Position numbers and translations under genes: made by a program. A stretch of 63,944 bases of DNA, filler included, from Piptocephalis cylindrospora (lineage: Eukaryota), in assembly GCA_003614145.1 (NCBI GenBank). It is 4 parts of 4 records of this genome, joined end to end, with 100 filler letters (N's around TTAATTAATTAA, not from the genome) between each part and the next. Parts side by side here need not be neighbours in the genome. Positions count along the whole stretch, not along the records: positions 1 to 16,633 come from KZ987867.1; positions 16,734 to 33,153 come from KZ987868.1; 2 more parts are not named here. One strand, written 5' to 3'. The first letter of the stretch is position 1. Each line of letters starts with the position of its first letter. Below are positions 10,629-22,661 of this stretch, piece after piece. The notes under the pieces are model-generated. The model searched no databases and was not told where the DNA came from. It saw only the letters and a list, made by a program, of their open reading frames with translations.

Positions 10629-13623
10629 ATGTCTCCATCGTCCCCACTTGCCTCCATCCTAGGCTGGAGACCTGAGGAGGACGGGATGAGCGCGCCTCAG
10701 ATGTGGGTTGTGGGGGAGGAGGGATCCCAATTGACATGTTGGCAAAATGGAGTCCAGAAGGTGAGTAAGTGTCCTTGACCTCGTCTTTTGCCGCTCCAGC
10801 GACTGACAGCCTTCTTGGGATAGGTAGACGTTCAGTGTCGTCAGGAACAGCGTGTCGTGGGCTTGATTCCGTCTCCGGAGGGTCTTCCTCCGGGGCTTGG
10901 TGTCCTCATCCAGCATATCCCCACCTCCTTGGTCCATTTTCATCACTTGCTTGATATCGAACAGATTACATCCGAATCCCCATCGGAAAGGTAGCTAAAG
11001 TGCTTGGGGAGATGCACGACTCGCCCCTCCCTTTATTCATCTCATGTCTCACCATCCAAATGCTCATTCCCACTGTATAGCCAACATGCCTTAGAGGTGA
11101 CTCTCGATCAAATGATTCTTTCTCCCTCCTCCGACTCACTTCCTGGATGGACTCATCTTCTTACTCTGAACAACACTCTTGGAAGCAATAAAGAGTTTGT
11201 CTGCGTTCCCAAAAACATTCTCCCTCTCAATCATCTCCATCCTTCCTCCCCATGGTCTATCTTTCTTAATGCCCTTCACCCATCTACCTCAAGGTAAGCC
11301 TAATTTCCAAGCATGCCAAGTGAAAATGAATCTTTCCTGTCTAGGTTTTACTAAGATTTCCCGTCCACTCACCTTATCCTCTCCATCACTGAAATAGTAT
11401 CACATACCAAGGATTTGTAGGAACCGCATCAGGCCAGGTACACCTCATCCTCAGAGAGCATCATCAAGACCTTACCTTGGTCGTAGATACCCTTCCTGTG
11501 AGCCCCTTTCATCTGATATCGAGAAACTGTACTGTTTTTTTTTACCAGCCCCTCTGTCATCCTCATCCTAGAATCCTATCTTGGCCATCCTCTCCTATCC
11601 TTCCGCCTCCGACACAACGGGTCTTGTCTTCATTGGGTGAGTCTAGGCCATAAGAGTCTGTTGGGGGATTGGGGAATACAAAGCTCATCTAGCCCCCAGA
11701 GTCTATGGCGCCATCTCTTCCCTGGTGTTAGACAAGGATGGCATGACAGTCCAGAAAAAAAGGGAGGCTCGGCTGGACATTCGAACCCACGATGCTACTC
11801 TCCTGCCTACGGTACGCACACCCTGGATAGATAGGGGGATGACTTCCTTGGCTCATTTTACTCTATAGGGAACGTTGATCTTGGCCACCTCCAGGGGGCT
11901 ATGGTTCTGGGACCTCTTCTCCTCCTCTTCATCCATCAGTTCATCAGGTAAGAAATAATGTGATCCTCTTGAATTTATTTTCTCTGTCCCTTTCCACTCA
12001 TAACGACATTATCCTTGTCCATAGATGCTCCCCATAGTCTTTCTGGCCCTTCTTGGGAGATCTCCAGGGTGGGGCATACCATACACCAGGATTACTCTTC
12101 ATCCTTTTACTACACTCCCTTTCGTTACCCGGATAATCTGTTAAAGGCACAGCTCATTCATGACCCTATATCTATCTCTTCCTTTCCAAATCACGTGCTC
12201 TCGGCCATGAAAACCTTGAAAGTAGCCGAGAATGAAGTTTCCTCTCTTCTATCCGTTAGAAAGGTATGTGTATACAGGAAGCCCCATAAAGCTATACCTC
12301 TTCCCCCTCCCCTAGTGAAAGGGGGGAGGGGGAGTAAATTTAATCCTGCTACTGGAGAGAGAAGCCTCAACCCATTCGCTAGAGAGGTAAAGGTCAGTCT
12401 TACTCATTCATGCTTCCTCATACAGGGCCTGGATGAATCGCTGCGTCGACTTCAATCATCTATGCAATGGATTCAGGAGGGAAAAATCACTTGTCCAGAG
12501 TCCATGCTTCGTTTGACCCTACGGTGGCATGCTGATGGTCCTGTTCTTCATGTGGAATGGGCTCCATTCGATCACGATAGCTCATTCCTCCCTGACTTCC
12601 TAAAGGATTGGCAAGGTATCACAGGAGTTTGGATAGACGCGGGGTAGATGTTTGGACACCAGCTCACTTACCCTCTTTCTCCATGGAAACCACCTATAGT
12701 GATTGCAAAGCCTAGTACCTCCCAAGGGATCACTTCCCCTTCCAGGTAGGAGGTCCTGTTGTCTAATGCAATGGCTTGGCATTGCCCTTCATATTCAGAT
12801 GTCACTACTCACCGACCACTCTGAATTTTGCCTTTTTCCCTTTTAGATCGTCTCACTCTCAAGTTCAAGTGGAATGGAATGGACATGACCTAGGAAGTTT
12901 CCCTATCCCTTCCTCCTCTTCCAATTACCGTACCTACCTGAACTTTTATCTCCTCTACCATCCTCATCCGACCACCATGGGTAAGCCGAGGGAGAAATCC
13001 ACAGAGTCTTTAATTGCATCTAAAACTCACCTCCTTTTCCTCGGTATACGCCTTCGCAGGCACCATTGCTTCTATGAGTCTAGGAACGTGCGTCATGGAT
13101 GCTGTACATTTTATTCAGCCCATCAAAGCCCATCCCTTGCCCCCCACCTTGAGCAGAGTTGACTTGCCCTTTAGGGTGAAGCACAATGCGAAAGAAGGGA
13201 CGCCAATCTCATCATCTCCTTCCGCTTCCTGGATCGGCCGATTTCTCCCTTCCTTACTCGGAGATAAGCTGGAAGAGTATGTGCCTTCTGGATTGAACTT
13301 GAGGGAACTTTACACGGATCATTTACTCATCTCCCATTCTTGGTGTTAGAAACGCGTTAAAGAGCATGATCCCCTTTTCTCTTTACGCATCCTTTTATCT
13401 GGAAAGCCCCATGGTTCACGAGCCTTCATTTTGCTCTATCCGCATCCTACCTGGTCTTTCCGATTCCATGTCCACATTCCGCATCTCCGCGTCTTCTGAA
13501 GAGTCTCTGGAAGTTATCCGTTCTTCACTAGTCCGTCGTTTGAACGATCTATCAGCATCCCCAGGCCTCTTTCCCGATTGGACCTTTCAATGGGTAGAGC
13601 CTCCTCAGGATGTGAATCATTGA
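10629..13623 (+). CDS. Multi-exon hypothetical protein (many short introns); function uncertain
   Basis: ATG 10629, exon 1 ends at the donor GTGAGT at 10761. Further donor-like GT sites near 11294, 11637, 11811, 11948, 12263 and 12981 separate ORF pieces ending at TGA 13623. Exon structure not fully resolved. Confidence 0.6.
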
Positions 13624-14647
13624 TCCTACCAATAGATGAACCTCAGCGTGTAATTCCCAGTGATTCAACATAGTTCGTTCCTCGACTTGGCTTTGTCAAT
13701 TGGAAATATCTCATTAAGCACTTCCACCGCTTCTCCATCTCTCCTTCAGTTATTCTGCAAATGAGTGGATCTATTCAGGTTCCAAAAATAAATTGGCATC
13801 ACCGGCAACCAATTCATAACCCCTTGCCATCCAGATACAAATCGAGCCCATGATTTTTGATGATCCTTCTAAGCCAATATCGCCGATGCAGGGGCGGTGC
13901 GTATGTCAGATATCGCATAATCACCGAGGCTAAAGAATGGCTTTAGATAATGTCGTTCTTTTGATAATAACGACATGGGCCAGCCAGCCCCTATGCATTT
14001 ATGGAGACATGACTTATACCCTTGACCCTAGTAGCTGTTGGCCCTGTGAGGGATGAGGAATGGGGGGTCCCATCACGATAATGTCGCGGATCACAAGGTA
14101 TTCGTCCCATCCTTTCTCATCCTCACTTCCCCGTACTCGCCCCATCCACCACACCTATCCCCTGTTGATCTATCTTGGGGATCTATGAGGGGTACGGCGC
14201 ACGCGCATCCACGTTTACATAGGAGGAGTATGGATTATGGAGGAAAAAGGGGAGGGTAACTGCAAGGGTTTCTAATATTCTACTTAGTCCTCCTCCACTT
14301 CATGAAGGATTAAAGTCCTATCTAGTACATACCTCCCCTATCCTCCCCCCCTCCCCTCTATCTTCCCCTGAAATGATCCTTCACCCTTTTATCTTGGATC
14401 ATCTTATCCACTCGGTTTGGTAGGTGAGCATGATCATCCAAAGGCGGTATAAGTACCGTTGAAATGGTCCTCAGGACCTCCCCTTTTCCTTCCTATCTAC
14501 CATTTACTCTCACCACTTTCTACCGCCCCAAGCCATCTTTATCGCTACACTTTTTAACCAACCACGCTACCACCAGTATTGCATAATACTGATTCATCAC
14601 TTCTCACTTTGATCACACATCTATTATCCTTAGATTACCCGACGATT

Positions 14648-15848
14648 ATGCTTGGATCCTCACCCTTTGGGTCTCTTTTGATCCCTCTTCTGATGGTCAT
14701 TTCCACCGCCTATGCCCAGGGCCCAGTGGGTCCAACCTCTCCCGCAGGTCCAGCAATTCCCGCCCCCGCTAGCGCTAATCCTGTTAAGCAGCATCCCAAT
14801 TCCCCTCCAGGGGGACCATGGCCTTTGACTGACCATCCTCCTCCCATGGATCCGAGTCAACTGAGCGGGCTGGATCTCAGCAAGGTGCCCTCACATGCCA
14901 TTCGACCAAAGGGTGTCCCCTGTGTCGGGAACAAGGCTGATGGGTGCTGGTGGAGCTGCGACCAGTGCAAGGCCCCCACTGATGTTTCCCGGTGCCCAGG
15001 TCCCAAGCAATGGGGTCTCACGTTTGATGATGGTCCGAGTGGAAATACCACTGCCCTGCTCGATTTCCTGGACCAACGTAACATCAAGGCGACCCTCTTC
15101 ATTGTCGGTTCCCGTGTAACGGATAATCCTGATATCCTTCGTCGGGCCTACAAGGCTAAACATCAGATTGCGTAGGTGGATAGATAAATTATGCATTGAG
15201 GCGGGGAAAGGAGGGATAGAGGCAGAACTAATCATCAACCAACCCACCCTTCCCAATTCCTCCAGGATCCACACTTGGTCTCATACTGCACTGACCTCCC
15301 AAAGTAATGAGCAAATCATAGCAGAGATGTCCTGGACCCAAAAGATCATCAAGTCAGCCATCGGTGTCACTCCTCTCTATATGAGGCCTCCATACGGCGA
15401 CATTGACGATCGGGTTCGTGGGGTCCTAGCAGCCATGGGCCTCAAGGTCATCTTGTGGGATAGGGACACAAATGACTGGCGCCTTAACTTTGGTAACCCC
15501 ACCAACTACAACCCCGCCTGGATTAGCGGAAATGAGACCAAGTGGATTGATGCCACCGTTCGCGGAGAGGATAACCCCATTACCCTTGAGCATGATCTGA
15601 CCGTTGAGGGGATCCGTGAGGCAATGACGGTTATTCCCCGTATCACTGATGCCGGCATTTCCGTACTTCCCGTTGGCGAGTGCCTCAAGGATTCCCGATG
15701 GTATGCGGAAGACGATGGAAGTGAACTACGTACCTCTTCTGCCGGAGCCATCTCATCAGCTATTTCCTCCACTTGCCGTTCAGAACGCGGGTGGTATGCT
15801 ACCGTTGGCTTAATGGCAGTATACACCATTGTGATGTTTGTGCTATAG
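14648..15848 (+). CDS. Chitin deacetylase (CE4/NodB), copy 3; one intron (15172-15265)
   Basis: Signal peptide MLGSSPFGSLLIPLLMVISTAYA; CWWSC, TFDDGP. Splicing GTAGGT...ACTAAT...TCCAG restores HQIAIHTWSH, followed by RPPYG, DTNDW, LEHD and a hydrophobic tail. Confidence 0.95.
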
Positions 15849-16547
15849 AGACGGTGTAACGAGGAATAAACTGGGGCTATGGGGGAACCATAGTTTACGA
15901 TTCTGTTTAGGGTATCGTTCGACAGCTTTTCTTAACATATGTAGCCATCTCCAACTTGACATCCTCATCTTCAAGGTGTCCAACTGGTAACGCCCCTCTG
16001 ACAGCATTCCAGATCACCATGGATATATGAAGGGGCCGTGTATTAAATCATTTGAAAACAGACTCAAGAAAAAATTATCGCAGTGAAGGTAGATATGGCC
16101 TAAGCATTGGCCATCATCATCAGATGGGAAGCCACGTACCGCCAGAGCGGATAACCCTGTACTTCACGGCTACACCATATGTACTTTGACGAATACATGT
16201 AAAAATGGAGCCCCGTCAATACAATGGGTAGTATTCGCTCTTATTGATCATTTTCTAATCTTTTAATGATTCGTCAAAAGCTGGATTTGATTCAGCATTA
16301 CTCTATCTTCCCTCAGGCACAAAACTTCGAAATTCCATCACCTTACTGATCATGTGCGCGTACACAACCCTGAGTCTGCATCTCCTCTCCAAAAAGCTAA
16401 CGCACCACCCATCTTCCCAAGCTGAAGCATCCAGCCTCCGCCAGTTTCTAGACCAGCTGCTCCTTCTCTGTTTCTTTCTCCTTCTTCCCTCTCCTCTCAC
16501 ACTTTTCTCTTTACCGGCTTCCACCATCTAAACCCTCTTACCCAACT

Positions 16548-16633
16548 ATGAGTGCTGCGGTGACGGCTCCATTGGCTCAGGAACTGAGCACGATGGGATC
16601 TGAAGCTAGGCGTCGGCAGCCTCAAGTGAAAGA
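16548..16633 (+). CDS. 5' fragment of a gene truncated by an assembly gap
   Basis: ATG after a pyrimidine-rich leader; reads MSAAVTAPLAQELSTMGSEARRRQPQVK up to the gap. Confidence 0.4.
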
Positions 16634-16733
16634 NNNNNNNNNNNNNNNNNNNNNNNNNNNNNNNNNNNNNNNNNNNNTTAATTAATTAANNNNNNNNNNN
16701 NNNNNNNNNNNNNNNNNNNNNNNNNNNNNNNNN
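16634..16733. other. Assembly gap spacer
   Basis: 100 positions of N with a central TTAATTAATTAA six-frame stop linker. Confidence 0.99.
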
Positions 16734-16828
16734 AAGCATTGCATATGAATATACCTATTCATTATCCCAGAGTAACATACCCAATGACACATAATAAGGG
16801 ATTATTAAAGGAAAAAGTCCTTTCAAGT

Positions 16829-17806
16829 CTAGTTTGGCCATTGTCGTTGCATCATCTCATAAGTCAGGAAGATCACTGAACTCCCAGGGACACTACGGAC
16901 CATGGTAATGCCCATGCCTCGGTAAAATCCCCGGATGCCTTCCTGACCCCAAATCCTCCGGGCAACCCGGAGGATCCGATTCATGCCTCCGCCACTGCCC
17001 TTGTTGGCATCCGGGGCCATGATCTGCACGTGACTTTTAATCGTGTCCACAGGAAAGAGGACGGCGTTGTACGCCATACCCGCAGCTGCACCAGCGATCA
17101 TGAGTCTTCCAGGCCCAAGTGTATCCTTTTCCTGGCATCCTGGGGGAAGCATGGCCTTGCACATGGCCTCGTACACGCCAAACCAGGCAGCCCCACCTCC
17201 GGCCTCCCGAAGAAGGGTGGCCGAGTGTCCAATGTAAAGACCACGGATCCCCGAAGTCTTCCAGATACGGATAGCCAGGCTCAGGGAACCTCCGGCCTCC
17301 AAGGTCCCGCTCTGTGCCTGTAGCCTACACTTGACCAGTTCTACGGGGGTGAGGACAAAGGCAGCTAGGCACCCTGCAAGGGCCCCTGAGGTAGCCAGAT
17401 GCGATAGGCCCATAGGGGCCTGCTCCGGGCTCTGGCCCACCCCACACACGGTCCCTACAGCCTTTTTCAGGTAGTCGTATCCAGCAAAGAGGATGGCGTT
17501 CTCCAGAATAGACCCAGCGAGTGGCGAGGCCAGGCCTCGGTAAAGGCTGAAGAGCCCTGAGGTCTTGACAAGGTGGGTGGCGCAATGCACCGGTCCCCGG
17601 TACTGCGGCTGTGTCTGCAAGAGAACTTTGACCGTATCAAACGGATACTCCACTAGCTTCCCCATGAACCCTGCAGTCTATGAGGAGAGAGAATGAGAGA
17701 GTGGAGAGGATAAAAGGAGAGGGGCGCGTATTCTTACCGAGCCGCAAACAAGGCTCTGGAGTGGGGTTTGTCCCTTGGGCATGAAGGCCTCGGCAGATGT
17801 GTCCAT
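16829..17806 (-). CDS. ORT1: Mitochondrial carrier (SLC25), ornithine/basic amino acid carrier-like; intron 17678-17737
   Basis: Three Px[D/E]xxK signatures (PFDTVK, PVELVK, PVDTIK). GKLVEYPFDTVKV, ENAILF and TLLREAGG are typical of the Ort1/SLC25A15 group. Exon 1 MDTSAEAF...CGS splices in frame. Confidence 0.88.
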
Positions 17807-18068
17807 TAGGGTAGTTGACGTATCGTGTGCCAAGGATGAGGATGGAGGAAGAGGAAAAAAGGGAAAAGAGAGACGAGGAGGGGAAGGCACGCAGGTCGTG
17901 GGGAAAGGAGGATCAGTAATGATTTACCAGAAAAGGGAATAAACATGAGCGGTGGTTCAAATCTTGGATGTTTTTTTAATCGTATGGTGATGGATTGTAT
18001 ATAAAATGGCATTCTCCCTCTCTTCCCCAACCTCTCCTCTCCTTTTCTTGACTACAGCCACAGCACCA

Positions 18069-19602
18069 TCACGACCCATATAAACTGGACAGAATAGCCT
18101 CGGTGGCCTGGAGAGGATTCGACCGTAGGAGTAACTGGTGAAATTGCTCTGGAATCATGCGTAACCATCCATCAGAATCTGCTTGTGCCTCTGAATGGGA
18201 GGAAAGGAGTAAGTCGAGAGATGAGAGGAGAAGATCATTATCGTGATAGAAAGAAGAGAGATCCCTTAACGTACGTTGTTTTGTAATCTTGGGATAAAGG
18301 GAAATTTCCGCTTGAATATTACCATGCTCAGTCACTACCAGATCCCAGGAGAGTACGAGCTCGGGAAGTCTTGGATTAAAGCATGAGATGAGTAATGCGG
18401 TACAATTTCTGCAGCTCTTCCCCTCCCTTGTAAATCCAATTTGATTCAACTCACCCAGAGGAAGAAAAAGTCATGCTCGTTTTCGTGGTGATAGTGGTGC
18501 CCTGGGCGATCTGAATAAGCTGAGGAAATTTTTGGGCAAGGATCGAGAAACAAAGGGATCTTTCTCGATGGGCTTGCAAGTAAGCTCCAAGGGTACGAAG
18601 AATCCCTCGCAGATTCAACTCTTTCTCCGCTCTATGATCCTCAGGGAAAGTGAGATGGGCTACTAGGGGTATCTCCTCGTTCATTACTTACCTGGCCAAG
18701 GCCTCCTCCAACTCTACCCATACTGAGCCATGCACTTGACAGGAGAGCTGAGTGACTTGGTGAGTGGTCTCATCGACAGAAAATCGTAGACAAAAGTGGC
18801 ATGCCACTCCCTCATCCACCTCCTCCTCTATTTTGGACACACGTCGTTTCCCCTTGCCGAAAAGGGTATACTGGCGAGACTGGCTACCAGGTTCATCAGA
18901 AGCGCTGCGGCGAGAGAGAATTTTGGTAAATTCGACATTTGACGACTGGAGTAGATGTTTGACCTGGTCTCCCATTCCCGAGAACCAGTGGAGATTGAGT
19001 TGATGTTTGAACCTATAGTATGAGTTCCCCTCTGTTCCAGGAAACTTACGCCGACATCATCAATCATCTTGAGAGGAAGTGTATATCCGCGCAAGTCGGC
19101 AAACTCATCCATCTCATCCTGGCCTATTGACGAGGCTGTGCCCTGCAAAAGTTGGTCAGAATGATATCGACTTTGGCTCAACAAGCTAGACCTGGGGGGA
19201 GGGGGGGATAAGGAATATATAAGCCAAAGAGGAGGGCAGAGCACATTTAATGAGACCTAACCATACCTTGCGCCATCCATATCACCGAGTTTGGTCCTGA
19301 GATGCCCATGCTCTTGAGCTTCTCGAAGCACCCTAGCCCTCTCAGCATTCCTCTCCCGGATACGTGTTAGTTGCTGTTGAATGCGATCCCGCTCCTGTAC
19401 AATGGTGCTCGATTGGGTCCACTGCTCCAGGGGTGGTAGTGGAGACGAGTGAATCTAAGACGGGAAGACAAGGATTATGACGCCAAGGAGGATTAGGTAC
19501 CGAGGATATAGGCTAGGATAGGAGTCAAACGGGCCCAGTGATTCTACACACCTGATCACGGGCAGGCCGGGAGCTCGGTCGTTCAAGGGGAGGAGCACTC
19601 AT
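18069..19602 (-). CDS. CENPP: Centromere protein P (CENP-P/Ctf19 family), multi-exon
   Basis: N-terminal coiled-coil-like exon, then RQYTLFGK...FCLRFSVDE, AEKELNLRGILRTL...ERSLCFSILAQKFP and ELVLSWDLVVTEHG...IPEQFHQLL...ATEAILSSL, which recall the tandem RWD domains of CENP-P. GT-AG introns separate the ORF pieces. Confidence 0.72.
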
Positions 19603-20077
19603 CTTGGCTTGAATGGGATGAAGGAGAGAGGAGAAAGGTGGCTGAATGAGCAGGGTCTGTACAGTTGAGCTTCCCAGCAAGTATTTGGCTGATTTGTCAA
19701 CAAATCCTCCCCTTAACATTTCCATGCTCCGCAATCTTGCTTTTAGGACATGACCAATATGCCTGGCAGGGGGTGATCCGTGCAGATGTACTCTACTTTC
19801 TGAGGTATACCGGAAAGGCTACTGGGCTAGAAAGCTCATCATTTTCCCCATTTTGAGCAAATACTGCCTCTCATGGCCCCTTTTCTGAGCAAAAGGGCCG
19901 TAGGCGTTTGATGATGTGCATGATCATACTTACCAGGACACTCCAAGATCATCCCACCTCTCACTGGAAAATGATACATTGATAAAAACAAAAATAAAAA
20001 AAGAGTACACACAGACCAGGCTTGAAGATTACAAAGGTGCATTGGGGGTCAATTAGGGCGATGTGCAGGAGGAAGGG

Positions 20078-20102
20078 AGGAGAGAGAGAGAGAGAGAGAG
20101 AG
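20078..20102. repeat. (GA)n microsatellite
   Basis: Run of GA dinucleotides in the 3' flank of the ERF4-like gene. Confidence 0.9.
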
Positions 20103-20200
20103 GATAATGGATAAGGACCTACCTATCATCGCTACATCTACTTGACCTTGAACTGGCTTATCCTAAATCCACGCACATTCTGATCACCTCCTGGTCATTG

Positions 20201-21298
20201 CTATCTTCTAACCTTCTTGGTTCGTATGACCAGGTACTTGGCAGGAGCAGTCAGTTTCCGTCGAGTTTGGGATTCGAGACTTGCAGTCTCAGCTGTTTCC
20301 GGCCCGAACAACTCGTCTTCATCACAAAATTCCGCTGTAAGCCCTCGATAATGCCACACCCTCTGGTTCCATGCATGCAGAAGCTCTCGTACTTTGGCCA
20401 CAATGGCCGCTTCTTGCTTTCGCAATGAGTTGGCCGAAGGGGTTAAGCCAAAGGAGGCCAGTCGGGCCAGGTTTAGACCAGGCACTTGTGGGACTGAAGG
20501 GTGAGGGGCCTTGGCAACTCGACCATTCGTCTTCCCAATAAACGTCTCCCAATCGGGCATTGATATGAAAGGTGCCAGCTTTGGGGGGAAATCGAGGGGA
20601 AATCCCTTGTGTAGCTGCCCCGGATGAGACAAGTCGATCCGGATGAGGATGGGAGGTAAGGAGCTGGCATGCGGAATCTTGGGGGTCTGTGATCTGGGCA
20701 AGGAAGATGAGTATGAGGTTGCAGCGACCGGGATGGAGGAGGAGGGGGAGGAGGAGGATGCGGCGGCAGGGGGAGTGTATGTTAAAAGGGCCGAGGATGA
20801 GGCCGAGGAGGATGAGGAGGGAATGGGCGGGGGCGGGGAGGGGGAAGGGGTCCCACTGGGTGGAGTTCTGGGGGAGGAGGACGTGGAGGACATGGAGGAG
20901 GAGGGCGAGGCTGGCTGGGCGATAAAGTAGCTCGATGATCCTGTTCGATGATGCGGGATGCTGTCTGGGGTCCTGCCCGAGCCGCTTCCAGTGCTCGATG
21001 CACTGTGACTCCGACTGTGCAAGGAGGACGACCTGGGTGGGAGGAGGCCTGGGGAGTGGGAGCCTCCGGCACGTAGGTTACTTCCTAGACCATCGTCGGC
21101 TAAGGGCGGGGGTGGATGAAGGTTGTCGAGGATCAGGGTGGGCATGGAGCCCTGTGGCTGGGGTAAGGGGAAGGTGGTGGAGGCTGTACCAGACGTCGAG
21201 TCCTGGTAGGTGGGCGGGGGCATCGGGGGAGGCGGTCGCTCCTCGAATCGCTTATTCAGCTTGGACGGGGGAGCCTTAAAGTCCTCCTCCAACATCAT
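20201..21298 (-). CDS. Pro/Ser-rich protein with a C-terminal Golgin A7/ERF4-like domain
   Basis: Low-complexity N-terminus with a PPTY motif. C-terminal FPLDFPPKLAPFISMPDWETFIGKTN...LLHAWNQRVWHYRGL fits the ERF4/GOLGA7 pattern. Confidence 0.65.
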   Translation of the reverse strand: MMLEEDFKAPPSKLNKRFEERPPPPMPPPTYQDSTSGTASTTFPLPQPQGSMPTLILDNLHPPPPLADDGLGSNLRAGGSHSPGLLPPRSSSLHSRSHSASSTGSGSGRTPDSIPHHRTGSSSYFIAQPASPSSSMSSTSSSPRTPPSGTPSPSPPPPIPSSSSSASSSALLTYTPPAAASSSSPSSSIPVAATSYSSSLPRSQTPKIPHASSLPPILIRIDLSHPGQLHKGFPLDFPPKLAPFISMPDWETFIGKTNGRVAKAPHPSVPQVPGLNLARLASFGLTPSANSLRKQEAAIVAKVRELLHAWNQRVWHYRGLTAEFCDEDELFGPETAETASLESQTRRKLTAPAKYLVIRTKKVRR

Positions 21299-22298
21299 AC
21301 TGATGGTGAGCGTATGGATGATCCGATAAGTAGTGGTGGTGGCGAGAGTGGAGGGAAAGAAAGGGAAAAACACGTAGCATGAGCACTGAGGAGGGAGAGG
21401 GACGAGGGCTGGAAAAGGGAAGGGAGGGTCCAGAGGGCTGGGGAGGAAGAGAGGGGTGGAGGGAGAGGGGGTGCATAATGTGCACCGTCCGGGCCCAATC
21501 TTCCCTTTATGTTGGACGAGAGTGTCGGAGGATCAGCAGGCTGGTTGTTGAGGATATTGGCTGGTCCAGCTTGAAAAGTGAGGAGGCAGGGTAATGGGGG
21601 GGAGAGAGGGGCAGGAGGACCCTCTTTCTGCCCCCACACCCACTCATGGTCAGCAGGCCTACGTCTCTGTACTGGCCCATCAGTCATCAATGTCTCTATG
21701 AGGGCATGAAGGACATTGTAGTCATATTGGCTGCGATGAGAGTTATGCGCCATGCTGACCACCATCAAAGATTGGTCACTCTTCTTCCCAAATCTCACCT
21801 TTGCACACAGGGAGTCGTCGTCCATATACACTATGGTAGAACGCATTTCCATCCATTCCCCGGGTTAGGGACGAATATGTCAACTCTGCACATTAATAAC
21901 TTGTATCGGTCGATCTGCCTTTTTTTTCTCTTGAGGATCATCAGTACAAGCACATCCCATCCCCCCGTACCTTTTCTGGATATCCATGAACGAGTCACGT
22001 ACATCCCGGGGGTTCCCATGAGGAGGGGAGGAATACATTAAACGTGGATGAGCCTCTGATCCACTGGATGCTATGGAGCCCACTGAATACTACTTTGGAA
22101 ATCGGACAAAGGCTGAGAGGACATGGGTGAATCAATCCAGGTTGGCCATTCACTGCCCATACAAAGAGTATGTATTTGCAATGGTCACTTGTTAACACTT
22201 TACCAGGACGCGACTCATCCCATCATGGTGAGCTATCTTATGGAATTGGCAAAACGCAACAGTAGGGTTGTAACCAAACTCATGTTGATAAAAAGTAA

Positions 22299-22370
22299 GG
22301 GCCCGACCGGGAATTGAACCCGGGACCTCTCGCACCCTAAGCGAGAATCATACTACTAGACCATCGGGCC
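22299..22370 (-). tRNA. tRNA-Pro (AGG)
   Basis: GGCCCGA/TCGGGCC acceptor stem, anticodon loop TT-AGG-GT, T-loop TTCAATT, downstream TTTT terminator; 72 nt. Confidence 0.95.
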
Positions 22371-22661
22371 GATATTCACCGTGAATTAATGATTATTTAC
22401 AACTCACCATAGCTTAAATACATCTAGTCGATCCGCCCCCGACTGAACCTTTGTATGTGGGGAATGACAAGTTGTTAAACGGGGCAAGTAGAGATGATGG
22501 CTGATGATTATGGACCAGCCTGTCGCCCGTCATAGGATGCAGGGGAGATGGAAAGAGCCTTACCAGGCACAATAAGTGCTTTTCTTCTTACCCTCTCAGT
22601 TCCTCTCTTGCCCTCATCCCCCTTTTTTCCCTTTTCCTCCCTTTCCCCATCCTAGTCTGGA

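Noticed and set aside
16678..16689. TTAATTAATTAA palindrome found three times
   Set aside because: Artificial six-frame stop linker inside N runs.
18685..18696. TACTTACCTGG resembling the U1 snRNA 5' end
   Set aside because: It is the reverse complement of a splice donor in the CENP-P gene; no U1 body follows.
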